The notes below the pieces were generated by a model. The model had not been told where the DNA came from. It ran no database searches and was given only the letters and a program-made list of their open reading frames with translations. The translations under genes and the position numbers were made by a program. Positions 33,711 to 47,579 of a stretch of DNA of 64,000 nucleotides are shown piece by piece; the stretch's first letter is position 1; each line of letters opens with the position of its first letter. Source of the stretch: Eukaryota sp. GEM-RC1 (lineage: Eukaryota); the NCBI GenBank assembly GCA_040285855.1, contig JAUFOQ010000006.1, forward strand, positions 1,798,001 to 1,862,000. Reading direction: 5' to 3'.

Positions 33711-36700
33711 TCAACTTCTGTCTAATTTACTCTTTAGAGAGTCACAAAGTGAATTTAAATGCTTACAACGAGCTTCAGTCATTTCAAAACGACCACGTAA
33801 TTGTTCATACTCAGATTTGAGACGCTCAAAAGCAACAAAATCCTTAGCGTAATCAGAGGTAGACTTGGTAGACATAGACTCAAACTCATTGACTAGCTTA
33901 TCTTTGGCCATTAACTGTGAGGACAGTCGGCGTTCAGTTTCTTTTAAAAGGAAAGCTTCTTTCTTGTATTGGGTAAGCTCATACTTATAATCTTCAATCT
34001 CCTTTTCAAAATTTTGAATAATTTCCCGCGATGTATTTTCAATATCACTCAACTGGGATTCGTACAGCTTAGTAGACTCAGTATACTTTTGACGCAACTC
34101 CACAAATTCCAAAGTTTTGGCCTCCAAATCATTTGACAACAAAGCCAAACTTTCCTGAAGACGTTCATTTTCTCTGTAAACAGCAGATCGTCTTAAAACA
34201 CTCAAATCACGCGACAACTGAGTGATTTGATCCTGCATAGCGCACTTTTGCTGAGAAAGAGCTGATAATTGATTGACAACGTCAGCATTTTTCTGTTTTG
34301 CGGATGTTAATTGGTTCTTGACGGAATTAAATACAGATTCATCAACCTTTGATTCTAAATCTAATTCCAACTTGGAAATCGTATTTTTTAAATTTCTTGA
34401 AAACTCTTGAGATTCAGACAATTCTCTCTCCTTCTCAGAAATTGCCGATTGAAGTGACAAAACTCTATTAGACAAATCAGAATTCTGACTAGTTAGATTC
34501 TCAAGATCAGCAACAGAAGCCAACAACTGCTGATTATCAGTTTCTAAATGAGAAACTTTAGTTTGTAACCGGCGAATACTTTCATCAGATTGGTCTAATT
34601 TCCCCAATAATTGTCTAATTTCTTGATTTCTCTCGTCCAAAGAAGTCTTCAATTGGACAGTTTTTTGAAGTAAAGATTCCTTATCTAAAGAGGAGTTACT
34701 ATTGAGAGTTCGTAACTTTGACAGTAATTCTTCAATGACACTCTTGTAATGAGAAATTGACTTTTCTAGAGAAGAAACACGGAGCTCAAAAGAAACCTTT
34801 TCAGTATCACGGAGATTAGTTGCCTCCATCAATTTTGATTGAACATCAGATATTTTCTTGGTCAGTCTAGCCTCTAAATGGTCTTTTTCGTTTTCAGCAA
34901 GTGATAGACTTGATCTTAACTCCTCCAATTCTGATTCCAAGTGAGCCTGTTGCTGAGAGGCACTTTCCAATTCTGATTGATGCGATGACGTCAACTGATT
35001 CAGATAATCCTCGAACTTAGCCTTTTCATCAGATAGTTGATCAATTTTAGTCACATAGTCAGAATTGATTTCTTGTAATTCTAAATATTTATCTGATAGT
35101 TTTTGGAGTTCAGTGGCAAGAGCCTTGTGTTGTAGAGAGTAATTATCACTCAAAAGTCGCTTTTCCTCATCAAGATTGGTATTAACAAACTTCAACTTTT
35201 GTTCCAACACTTCAAACTTGACTTCAACAGACTTCTTTTCAGAATTCAAACGCTCACATAAATGTTTTAACTCTGATACTTTAACCTTCAACTCCTCAAT
35301 CTCAGCTTCCTTTTTGTTAGCACTCTCAGAAAGCACTTCGCGATCCTTTCGAAGTTCAATACAGGTGGAGAGATAGGTAGCTGCTTCATCGTGAAGCTGA
35401 GCGTAGGATTCACTGTTCCATTTGTAGAGTTGATTTAGAGAAGAGACCAATGGCTCAAAATCATAATGACAGTCACTTGAATTCAATTGACCATTTAGAC
35501 TGTTCTTTGCGAGTGAAACTAACTGTCCACAATAGGAAACTAAATCGTGATATTTGGATACCAACTCATTGTTCTCATAGACTTTCTCTTCATTCAACAC
35601 TCGTAGCTCCTCAACTTCTGCAGAGACTTCTGATAGAGAATTTGAGAGGGACGAGTTCTCTGAAAAGGAGGCGTTGTACATCACTGGACTTCTCATCGAA
35701 TAAATGGGAAAGTTTTGAATCAAAAGACTGCTTTAAACTGGAAATTTCAGACTGGTGCTGGGCAATGGTTTCTAGATTGGCGGACTTTTCACGTTTTAAG
35801 ACTTCTAGTTGTTGTTTAGCATATTCTAATTCAGTATTAACATCAGCAAAAGAAGCAGAAAGTTCTGCGATTTTTAAATCTCGTTGAGAGAGGTTAAATT
35901 CAGATATTTTCTCTAGTTCTGCGAGTTCCTCCTTTAAGGACACGTTTTCATCAGCCAACTCAGCAAGATCTTCAGCATTATTTAAATCTTTCAAATTTAA
36001 GACAGAATTCAACTCCTCAATACGATTCTCCATGGCACTAAAGGTCTTCTTCAATTTAGAATTTTCTTCAGATACCTCATCCAAATACTCGTCTTTTTGG
36101 ACTAATTTAGAAGCCAATTCTTCCTTAATTCTTAATACTTCATTGGATGCTGACTCTAAGTCTACATTGGTCTGATGAAGTCGTTTGACTTCTGAGAAAA
36201 GCTCATGGCATTTTGTTTCAAGTTCAGACCTTTCCGAATAATTTAGGACTTTGAGTTGTTCTACTTCCATTTTAAGAACATCGATCTCAGAATTTAATTC
36301 ATCAGCTTCAGAAGCATGACTGTCAATCAAAAGAGATTTTGATTCCATCAAATCAGCGTTTTCGGAGAGCATCTGCTCATTATGATTCGACAACTTAGAG
36401 ATCTCTTCTTGAAGGTCATAAATTTCTGATTGCAGGTCAGCAATTGTCGATTCTTTTCCAAAACTAAAGACTTCAATTCAGCAATTTCAGCAACAAGCTC
36501 ACCACGAGAATCTTCAAACTCGTTTTTAAGTCGACAAACTTCTACGTCATGTTCAGCATTGATTCCATCCAGAATATTTGAAATTTTCGACAACTGGTCG
36601 TTTTTCTCACTCAAAACCTGCTCTTGCTCGATTCTGAAGTCCTTGTATTCCATAGAAATGGCAGAGTAAGCAGCTTCGGAATTCTCATAACGTGATTCAG

Positions 36701-38548
36701 CTTCATTCACAGAACGAAGAGTATCTTCTAGTTTTGACTGTAATGCACCAATCTCTGACGTGTACTTCTCTTCCAATCCATCATAATCAGACTGTAATTG
36801 ATTGAGCTGGTCACGCATTTGATTGCCTTCTTCTTTCAGTACTTCATTTTCCTCAAGAGCATCGTCAAGTTGCTGTTCGACTGATTCAGCATGAGAGACA
36901 GTTTCCATGAATCTTTCAGAAACTTGTGACAATCCACACTCATTCTCATCCATCAATTCTGAAATATTTTTGGAAAGTTTTTGATTTTCATCCTCTAATT
37001 CTGATACTTTCGAAGACAGAGAGTTTTTAGTAGAAATGAACAATTGGTTTAGAGCTAAAAACTCAGTAGTAAGTTCGTCAAGATTTGATTGAAGCTTCAC
37101 GTTTTCTGATTGACTTTCTACTAATTGATTATTGAGCTCCTCTAACTCACCAGATTGACTAGAGTTCAAAGACTGAATTTCAGAAGTTAAAAAGTCAATC
37201 TTTTGCTTCAAAACAGCTTCCTTTTCAAGACCGTTATTCTTCAAAGAGTCGTTTTCAAGTAACAAATTGCTCTTTTCCAAGTCATATTCGGACATTGCAG
37301 ATTCCAACAACAAAATCTTCTCAGACATGGACTTAATTTCCTCAACTTTCTTATTAACTTCCCTGTTCAACGCTCCCTTCTCCTTCCTACAATCTTCTAA
37401 CGCTCTGGAAACACCAGAAACTTCCTCATCCAACTGTAAAGTCAATCGTGAGATCTCGTCATCTTTTGAGCTCCTTCCTCTTTCAAATCGGAAACTAATC
37501 CATGAAGCTCAGAAATCTTATCCTCACGAACAGACAATTCCTCTTTCAACTTCACTTCCTGATCCTCCAAGACTCCAACTTCTTGCTTTCTCAAACTCAT
37601 TTCATCTTTAAGTTGGCCTTCAATGGAAGAAAGCTGAGCAGTTATTGACTCAATGGTTTTGAAGGACTGTGCCAGCTCAGAATTCTTAGAGTCAAGAGAA
37701 GTCTTGAGAGAATCACGTGATTCAGCTAAATCACGACGTAGAAGCGTATTCTTTTGCTGTTCTGAGCAGAGATTCGTCTTAAGCTTTTCAGCGTCTTTTT
37801 CTAGCTTTTTGATCATTACTTTCAAGTCAACAATTTGCTGACTTAAATGAGTTTGAGTGTCACTAGAAGAGTGAGTTGACTGGGACAACTCATATTTCAA
37901 ATTTTCAATTTCTTGTAATAACACTGATTTTTCCTCATGTACTTCCGATTTAAATTGCTCTAAACGACCATCCTGTTCCTTCATAATCTTCTTCAAACTT
38001 TCAATCTCTTCCACCAGAGTATGCTTCATGTAGTTGAATCCATTAACTTGCTCCCGTAACAAATCATTCTCCCCTTCACGTTCTTCAAGGGATTCAGAGA
38101 GAGCCTTGACTGTTTCTTGGAGATCATCAATGTCATCTTGGTTGATCTCTTTAGCTTGGTATTGAGAGAGGGAGGTTTGGAGGTCTAAAACCTTGGAGTG
38201 GAGAGATTGGTTTTCAGAGACAACATGATCGTACTTGGAGAGAAGATCGTCCTCCGCATTGGGTTCAAGTTCGTTGAGGGAGAGTGCAGAGTGGGGGGTG
38301 AACTGAAAGGGAGATGAGGGAGGTGAATCGTTCAGACGAAAAACACCAGGAGATGGTGATGCTTGGGGAAGTTTCGTACGGGAAAGGAACGGTGAAGGTA
38401 CAGGTCGTAAAGGCTTTGCAGACGAAGGACTGTCTTGAGTAACAGAACTTTGCTGAGGAGTCTGAGGACTTCCTCTTGATGACTTTTGAAGGTGAGTATT
38501 AGACAGTAAGTCCTGAAATTGACCAACTAGGGACTGCCACTCACTCAT
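33711..38548 (-). CDS. Large (~1600 aa) coiled-coil protein of unknown family (three apparent frameshifts)
   Basis: Four overlapping ORFs of continuous heptad-rich sequence, joined at ~37465 (-1), ~36455 (-1) and ~35665 (+1). Ser/Pro-rich head from ATG 38548. Confidence 0.75.
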
Positions 38549-38653
38549 TGACAAGTTTTAGGGCGAAAGTGAACTTTTGGAACTGGAACATGAAGCGATT
38601 TCCAAATCCTCCACTACCACTAGCACTCTATCTGACAAAACTATCTTCAACCA

Positions 38654-41600
38654 ATGGCATCCAGGGACATTGTCCCTTTATTTGCTTGGGGTATACACTC
38701 TGCTGTCGAAAATGCCGTTCTCTATCTCGATGATGAAAATATTCTTTACAGTGTTGGACGTCGTCTGGTTTCTCTTAACTTGGAAACAAAAGAGCAACTC
38801 TTCTTTCAAGATGATGAGAAACGACTTTCTTCTATATTTGGACCCAGCGTTCTTGCATTTGCTCCCTCTCCTGGTATCATTGCAGTTGCTGGAAGTCTCT
38901 GACCGTAAATCAGCCACAATATCACTTTTTTCCTATCCTGACCGTGTTCGCATTCGTACTCTTACTCTATCTGATTTCAACGTAACTTCATCAACCATCA
39001 AACACCTCTCATTGTCTACAGATGGCCAATCCATCATCTTTCTGTGTGACCAAACAGCTTCTACTACCCTGCTCATCCTCCAATGGGATCGTAATCGTGT
39101 TATACTCCACCATCAGTTCGATAAACCCGTCTCTCATGCTTCCTTTGTCCCCTTTCAAGAAGACGTCATCGCCGTCTCTGGTCCAGCTTTCTTCAAGTTC
39201 TTCAAAATCACTAACAACTCCATTAGAGTACTACCAGTGTTTTCTGACCGTCAAGCACAAGAACATTGCTTTGTCACTCATACTTGGCTCATGTCAGCTA
39301 CTTCCAAATCAAAGAGGTCGACTTTGGCAGTTGCCTTTTTAGTTTTGGGTACTGAGACTGGAACTGTCTTGGTATTCAACAGTGAGTTTCAATTAGTTAA
39401 CACTTTAACAGATCCCTTCAACACTATTTCTCCCATCTTCTCAGCCTGTGGAACCTCTAATAACCTCTTCCTTGCAAGTAGCTCTGGCCAGCTGTCCTGG
39501 TATGAAAGAGGGGTAGAAGATGGCAAGATATCGTGGTTCCATCGAGATCATTTCTCGTATAAATCGATGAGCTCTTTTCATCAATGACGTGTAATTCTAA
39601 TGGGTCTTCTTTGGTTTTGGCAACTGTGGATAAGCAGTTGCTGAGTCTTGATTTGTCAAACGCTATCACGTCGTCGGTTAATGACAGTCATGATAGTCAA
39701 TCAAACTCTGGATTAGCAAGGTCATCGTCATTGATTTCATTTAGTAAAGCTCTTGATGACTCATCTTCATCCACTCTCTTTACCAATGTCGTGGCTCCCT
39801 TCCCAAGTGGTCAGATCTTGTCAATCGACACTTGTAGTACAAAACCAGTAATTGCCATTTCTAATTCTGATTGCTATATTCACGTTTACAATTGGGCTAG
39901 AAAGAGCTGCGAAACCTTTGAAAAGTTTTCCTCTGAGTGTTCTTGCTTGTCCTTTCATCCTGATGGACTTTATCTAGTTGCAGGCTTTGCAGATACACTT
40001 CGATTGTTAGCTCTAATGCTAGATGGATTCGTCACAGTCCACGAGTTTCCTTTACGCAGTGTTTCCGCTCTTTCTGTCTCCCACGGGGGTCAATACATTG
40101 CTGCTGCTACTAAGACCGACAGAAATATTCATATCCTAGAGTTTTGGTCAGGAAGGACCATTGCATGCATACGCCTTCATCTTGATACCGTCACTGGTCT
40201 GTCATGGTCATCTGATGACGTTTTCCTAACCTCAGTAGGACTAGACGGAGGAACTTACGTTTGGGATGTGACCAGTCTAGAATACGGTAAAGAACTGCAC
40301 CCTGTTCCTAAAAAGAGTGGCAGAGAGTGTGGTTAAAGATTGTAAGGCCACAGGCTCAGCACTGACTAAGATAGTTAATGATACTTCTTCTGAGGTTACG
40401 TATACTTCCTTAGCTTGCTCTTCTGATGGGAGATTGAGGTCTGTTTCGTTCTCTCCGTTTTTGGAAGGAGGTAATAACGAACCAATCACGACTATGATGG
40501 TGTTACCTATTGTGCCTTCGTCGTTAGTCGTCACTCGTGATACCGATGGTTTAATCGTTGCCACCTCATCAGGATCACTTTCCTTTTCAATTTCCCCCTC
40601 GTAATTGGAGATGACGACACCAACTTCCGTGTAGACCTCTCCAAAAACCCTTCGTCACGTGCTCTAAACTCAATCGTTGACGCTAGTGATGCTGATACCA
40701 AGCCCTCATCTCAAACCCACCTCCACAAGGACGCTGCCAAGACTCTTTGTATCATTGGAAGTAAGGGACTTCTGGGAATAGAACAAACCAAGACCTCCAA
40801 CCTTGGTTCCTTCGGTCTTGCCGCTCTCTCCCCTGCTTTTCCCACTCTAATAGTCTCTGGAAGTTTGGACGGTAGCGTATACATTTCTACAGTTGTTACT
40901 AAAGCCTCATCATTGCCCTCGCTAACAGACTTTTCTGGTTATGAAGGTGATGATAAAGTTTTTTGACCAGGGAAGATGTTGATGACTATACCACTGAGAT
41001 TTCTTCACTCAAAAGGTTGTTGAAAGAGGCTAAAGATAAAATGGAGAACTCGATTGCAAAGGTTGAATCTGAGTATGCTAGTAAACTGAAGTCTGTGGAA
41101 GGTGAGCTCAACTCTATAATCAACGACCGTCAAGAACAGATTGATAAGCTCGTGGGTGATATCAATGCTCAACAAGAAGAGTTTGGGAATGCTGCTAGAA
41201 TGACAGACGTTCGTCATTCAGAGGATATTGCTAGACTCAAAGACACTCACGATCAAATACTTAAAGACAAGTCAAAGTACATTGCGCAATTGGAGGAAGA
41301 TAAGGATGATCTAGTACAAGAACTTCAGGAGCAGGAGAGGCGGTTGCTGAGGGCCCAAGAAGATGCACTGCAGGATTTGAGAGATGTATTTGCTGAACAA
41401 GAGCTGGAACTTCGTCAAGAGATCAGAACTCTGGAATCGGATAATAGGCAGCTTACCTTGGCTAGCACTGAAGAGAATCGTCAAGTAACGGAGGATTATG
41501 ACCAGGAAGTTGCCTTGGTAGAGGCTAGGTATAGAAAAACTATTTCAGAGTTAGAAGAAAAGTCATGTCTCCTACGTAATCAGCTTCTACATTACGAGAA

Positions 41601-42748
41601 GAAGTTCCAGGTTTTTACTGATGAGTTGTCGTCGAAGGATAGTGAGGTTAATAGGAGGGATTCTGAGATTGCGATTATGAGTAAGACTAATAGTGATTTG
41701 CAGAGAAGATTGGCTATGTTGGAAGCAAGAGATTGATGAGAGAGATGTTACGATATCAGAAAAGGAAAGACGTATTTATGAGCTCAATCAGAAAAATCAA
41801 CACTTGGAAAAATTCAAATATGTATTGGGAGTCAAAATGCGTGATTTAAAGGCTCAAATCCAGCCCCGTGATGAACAGCTGTCCCAAATGAAAGACCACA
41901 TTGAGCAAATGGATAAACAACTTGAAATGGACCATCAAAATTCAATTAATCTCGAACTACTTACTCAAGAACAAAGTCTTCGTATTAAATCTCTAGGTAA
42001 TGAGAATCAACATTTAAAAACTAAGCTATCAGATCGAGATCGTTTCTACAATCTTCTTCTTACCGATCTCCAAAAGACTCTTTCCCAGGTTGATCCAAAG
42101 TTTTGGCGGGAGTGCCTCCAGTCTATTTATAATAACTACAATTCTAAGCAAACTTTTTCAGAAAAAGATGGTTCTGCAGACGCTACTGTAACTGAAGTGT
42201 TACGGCATCGGAATTACCTGCAAAAGTCTATCTCAACCCTTTCAAAGTCTCTTGAACAAGTGACCGAGGCTTCTCAACAGGAGAAGACACAGAAGATTCA
42301 TGAAAATTCAGTGCTTTTGGAAGAAGTCAATGAGTTGAGAAAAACAAATCTATCTTTACTTAAAGAAAAGCAATCATTAAACAGCCAGAACAAAGAGTTA
42401 AAAAGCGAAAACCGTCGTCTAACCGCGCGTTCATCTGCTTCTCCTTCCCTACATCAGCCTGCCCTCACTGCCCCTCCAATGATACCAGGATCACCCAAGC
42501 CTGGACAACAACACTTTTCTTACACTAATAGGAGGTCTTTAAGTGCTTCACAGGTGGTTAAGGGGAGACCTGGAGATCACTTCCAGATTGTGTCTGATCA
42601 GGCTAAGATGGAGCTGTTACAACGGGAATTAATGAATAAGAATGATATTATTACTCAATTAAATGAACAGGTTTCGATGTTGAAGCGAAATTTTAATTCG
42701 TTTAATAGAGAGTTTCCGCCCTTGAAGGATTATGTCACTGAGTCTTAA
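38654..42748 (+). CDS. CFAP57: Cilia- and flagella-associated protein 57 (WDR65)-like; six apparent frameshifts
   Basis: N-terminal WD40 region (LSFHPDGLYLVAGFADTLRL) and C-terminal coiled coil with EIDERDVTISEKERRIYELNQKNQHLEKFKYVL...LKAQIQPR. Shifts at ~38891, 39561, 40310, 40584, 40960 and 41721. Confidence 0.88.
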
Positions 42749-43340
42749 TTTATTTTGTTTTGTTTTTTGTAATTTAATTGTATTTTAGTCGAATCTGATG
42801 CTCCTTTTCTGTAGATTGTATGATAAAATCATTCTTATGCTATTTCTGCTGGTGTTTATTTACATGAAGTTTTAACCTACTAGTACTGATAGTACTAGCA
42901 GGTGTACATCTTCCTAAAATTTTCTAACATATAATCGATATCATCGATTTCATATTTTTCCAAGGAGCTCGTTCTTCAAAACTGGTAGAATAGCAACACA
43001 ATATACTAGTAGTTAATCTACAGACTTAGTGAAGAACTATATCACGATTTATCATGAAATAACTCGGTTCGTGTTTCGAATGAGACGACAAATAACTCAA
43101 TTTTTTCCCATCAATTCATACCTTTCTATCAGACGTTGTGATTCAGAAACATAAAGTTCTTTTTCCATATAAATTTGTACATGGATCATTCAACAGCATT
43201 TTACTTGTTAAAGCAAATGCATGTCGAAGAAATCAAGATAATGTCTGATGTTAAGACTCTTAACTAAAAAAGAAAACACTTAAAACACGATAAAAGTTTA
43301 CTTACAGATACAATAAACAAAAGCAAATATCCTAATTTAA

Positions 43341-44341
43341 TTAGGCGTTAACACGGTTAAGGGTTTCTCCAGATGTTGAGAATGCATCAACAACTTGAAG
43401 AGCAACTTCAGAAACAGCAGCAGCGGCTTGTTCGGTAGAAGCACCAATGTGATGAGATACATAGGCATTGGGGTGCTTGGTCAAAGGACTCTCAAAATCA
43501 CCAGTTCCAGTGGAAGGTTCACCAGCGGGAACATCAATTCCGGCACGGATTCCCTTGGTGTTCATGGCATTGATGAGATCCTCTTCAACAACACAAGCAG
43601 CACGGGCAGTATTGATGAAACAGGCTCCGTTCTTCATCTTGTCAAAGAATTCAGCATTGCACATTCCCTTGGTTTCGGGTTTGTTAGCTACATGAAGAGA
43701 AACGATATCAGCCTTTTCAGCAACTTCAAGAGCGGTCTGAGCGTGTTCGACACCAAATTTGGCAGCAATTTCAGGAGTGAGAGATCTGGACCAAACGATA
43801 ACGTTCATTTCAAAAGCCTTGGCACGGGCTGCAAGAGCTTTTCCGATGTTACCGAAGCCAATGAGACCGACGGTCTGACCTTTCAGTCCCTTGGCCTTAG
43901 AAAATTCGGCTTTGTTCCACTTTCCTTGACGAGCAAGGATGACGTTGTCGGCAAGGAATCTGTCCAAACAAACAATTAAACCGAAAGCGAGTTCAGCAAC
44001 GGCAACAGAGTTAGTTCCGGGAGTGTTACAAACACTGACACCCTTTTCCTTGGCATAAGCAGTATCAATGGTATCATAACCAGCACCTAATCTAATGACC
44101 CTAGAATAAGAGCTTAATTTGGAACAAACATCTTGATATCGGAACTGGCATCCAACTGTTCCTTTTGGACCTTGGTGGATCGAACCATAATAACATCAGG
44201 ATTCATTTCAGCGATGGCAGCAGACAAAGAAGCTTCCTTGAGAGATGGATCTTGTTGAACTGTGTGTCCCTTTCCGGTAAGGATCTGGGGAAGAGTAGGA
44301 TCGCATTTATCAGCAATAAGAACTTTGAGATGAGCAACCAT
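43341..44341 (-). CDS. D-3-phosphoglycerate dehydrogenase-like D-2-hydroxyacid dehydrogenase, short form (one intron)
   Basis: MVAHLKVLIAD...MVRSTKV...KM|VIRLGAGYDTID...CNTPGTNSVAVAEL...GLIGFGNIG...INTARA...HHIGASTEQA; intron 44101-44129. Confidence 0.9.
44101..44129 (-). other. 29-nt spliceosomal intron (GTTTGT...TCTAG)
   Basis: Removal restores the conserved KMVIRLGAGYDTID in frame. Confidence 0.85.
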
Positions 44342-44701
44342 TTGAAACGAAGTAAAGTGATGTTCAAATGTTCCAAACGACTTTAAGTGATTGATGTGGA
44401 ATTTTGAAGAAATCAGTGGAAAAAATCGTGTCAATTTGACACGTATTCATTTTGCTTCAAAAACTCTTTCTTAGAGCATACTACATTGTAGTAGTCGCAG
44501 TTTCTGTTCGATATCGACATCATGAGAGAATATCATTTGCACTGTGCATGGACGAGTAGTCCTCGTAAGAAATACCAAAGATAAATCAAAGTTTAATCAA
44601 AAAAAGCCGGATTGCGGATATTGTAATTATACAAAATATTCTACAAAAAACTATAACGTTAAACAAAACAAATAATGTCAGCATGACAAAATGTAAAAAC
44701 C

Positions 44702-46930
44702 TCAGAGAAGACAATTCCACCGCCCAACTCGAGATTCCAGATCAAACAGCTTAGTCCTTCCTTTAAACAATGAAGAACAAAAGCTATTGGCCTTCTCAAC
44801 AGAATACCCGTCAACTAAAGATTTCTCATACCATTGAATCTCTTTCTTGAGTACTGAAACGTCATACTCAACGGGTTTCATCAACTGAATTGCATCTGCA
44901 ATCATGGACTCCTTGATTGATTGATCAAGGTCATTAAAAACGGCAAGAGATGGAGACGAATTGACCTCCAAAAGCACAGGTTTTAGATCCGAATCAATTA
45001 AAACATCAAATCCAAATATTTCAAACAATTTAGAATGTGGGAATGACGATAAATTCGAAATAAATGAAGAACACGACTGTACAGATTTCTTAACCAACCT
45101 CTGGATTCTATTCCAAACTAAAGAAAAGTCAAGCGAATTCTCTTGAAAAATCATTTTGACCGCCTCCAATGACGACTTATTCCCCTTTGCGAGCTCCACG
45201 TCACAGCAGTAAGGATCAATCAACGGTGGCTTGATCTGATGAGAAAAAGGATTTGCAGGATTACAATGAATAGAAGTATTAGTCAAATGAATATAAAGAT
45301 TGTTCAATTGGCTCGTATCAAGTGTATACTCCAAACAACAAAACCTAGCAAATCCTTCATCATACAGATACACTTTAAACGGAGATGCAGTAATTAAAAC
45401 ATACAGCCTCAAATCAAACTTCCTGTTTTTAATTAATAGAGGGTTTGCAATGTACTGCTGAATCGTAATTGGAGATTTAACCTTTACATCTAGTGGAAGA
45501 TCGAAAGCAGAAGAGGATTGAAACAACGAAATATTACGCCCACGTGACGATGCGTTGTCCTTGACTATCCAGTACGAAGGCGATCTGTTCTTAGACAAAT
45601 GAGATGAAAAGAGGGGGAAATCTGCTGGCATTTCAAAAGTAAGAGGTATGAGCCCTTTTCCGCCTAAAGATTGACTAAGGATGTTCTTTCTAGTAAGTGG
45701 AAAAGAGATTGGAAGTTTTGAGACCACTTGAAATCTCAAAAACCAATTAAATGTTTAAAAGATGAAAATGCAGGGGTTCTGCCCCAAACCATGATGACGT
45801 GACACTGCAAAAGAGCTCCAATATCAGCAATACTAGATATTTGACTTGGAAGAGGTGTTAAATTGGACCGTGTAAGTCCAGAGATCAGAGTGGATTCTGA
45901 TTCAGAAGTAAAAGACATGACTGTAAAGTAGTAATCAAAGGGAAGAAGATCAATTTTGATTGGGAACAAGGACCGACTAGGATTAACAAAGATAGACAGG
46001 AAAGAAGAGAAGTAGGCTGTAAGAGGGTTTGGAGATCTAGAGAGAACGACAGAGGAAAGTTCTGATATGAGAACCTCCTCAGGAGAGGGTGGTTGGTCAC
46101 TTGTACTGGTAGGAGAAGATTCCTGTTCCTCCTTGGTAACAGGGGGAGGACTATTAGAAGAACGTGGCGTAGAAGCAGGAGAGTGAGCAGGAGAAGGGTT
46201 ACTGGAAGGAGGAGGAGGGGAAACTTCAATAGAAACTTCAACATCAATGGTTGGTGGACATTCATGAGGATCACAATCACCATCAGAAACACAATCAGAA
46301 TTGTGATTGATAGAAGCTGATTCCCAATCAGACTCACCAGGGATCACTTGAATGTCCTCAAAATGATCAGATGGAAGTGTAGCAATAGCTTCTGTATCAA
46401 CAACATCTTTCCTTGAATCTAATTCATGTTCAAAAACAGGCAAGATAAAATCATTAAAGAATTCATGTAATCCTAAAGACTCCTCTGTATCAGGTGGAGA
46501 ATGCTGAGTTACCTCCTGTTCCACAGTAACAGACGAAGGAGAAAAATATTGAGGAGATGACTGTATTGGAAGAAACAGGCGAAGTTCTAGGAGTTGTTGT
46601 ACCAGAAGTTGAAGTAGGTGGAATGGATGAGTTAACGGGAACATTTGGTTGTGAAAGAGTTGTACTTTGTTTGTGAGACTTGGGTTTTGGTTTTCTTTTC
46701 TTGACAGACACTTTCATAGGTCTAGGTGGAAGAGTAGATTCCATAATAGTAGCAGGAACATTCAATTTAGTGTTTACAACATAGTCAAGTGATGATTGAG
46801 CTCTTGGTGGTTGGTAAGTGGTAGATGATTTAGAAGAAGGACGAGAAACTGGTAGTGCAGCAATGGAATTTCTACGTCTATTGAACACCACTGCTTTTAT
46901 GGCAGCAGACCTGAATGAATTGAGATCCAT
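44702..46930 (-). CDS. Tubulin-tyrosine ligase-like (TTLL) protein with a long low-complexity N-terminus; two apparent frameshifts
   Basis: WIVKDNASSRGRNI, QQYIANPLLIKNRKFDLRLYVL, YDEGFARFC, HLTNTS, FEIFGFDVLID...LLEVNSSPSL. Upstream ORFs join at ~45740 and ~46550 (second site not pinpointed). Confidence 0.85.
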
Positions 46931-46990
46931 ACAACATTAGCTGAAGAATTTGGAGTTGGAAGAGAATGTCCTTTTCTCACTTCAAAAATA

Positions 46991-47579
46991 ATGTTCGCTA
47001 CCAAGTTGAAAGCCTGGGACAACCATGAACCCACCACCATTGAAGAGAGTGTCGCAACTGCTCTGTTCGAGATCGAAACTAACAGTCCTGATCTTGGCAG
47101 TCATTTGAAGAACTGTCATATCACCTCCGTTCGTGAAATCGAATTGGAAGGAGGCCGCAAGGCTCTTGTCGTTTATGTTCCTGTTCCTCAGTTACGCTCT
47201 TATCAACGTATCCACTCCCGACTTGTTGATGAGTTGGAGAAGAAGTTCTCCGGTAACTCTGTTTTCATTGTCGCTCAACGCCGTATCATTCCTAAACCCA
47301 AGCGTAACAACCGCATGAAGTTGCAAAAGCGCCCCATGTCCCGCACACTCACTGCTGTTCGCAAAGCTCTTCTTGAAGATCTAGGTTTGACACATTGACT
47401 AACTAACTCTAGTTTTCCCAGCCGCTATTGCCGGAAAGCGTATTCGTTATCGTATGGATGGAACCAACTTGCAAAAGGTGGCTCTTACTGGTGACGTCGC
47501 TGAGCTCCGATCTGAAGCATTCTCTGCCGTTTACAAATCTTTGACTGGTGTCGCATCTGAATTCAACGTTGAGAACTAA
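46991..47579 (+). CDS. RPS7: 40S ribosomal protein S7 (eS7), one intron
   Basis: RLVDELEKKFSG...KRPMSRTLTAV...LEDL|VFPAAIAGKRIRYRMDG...FSAVYKSLTG; intron 47385-47412. Confidence 0.97.
47385..47412 (+). other. 28-nt spliceosomal intron (GTTTGA...ACTAAC...CTAG)
   Basis: Removal restores LEDLVFP; contains a branch-point-like ACTAAC. Confidence 0.9.

Noticed and set aside
43395..43979. 194-aa antisense ORF and other short overlapping ORFs in the track
   Set aside because: They are shadow frames of well-supported genes, with no recognisable motifs.
46561..46576. Possible 16-nt intron (gtttcttccaatacag, minus strand) that would fix the TTLL +1 shift
   Set aside because: It is much shorter than the three supported introns and no conserved protein motif anchors it; a single-base error is equally plausible.
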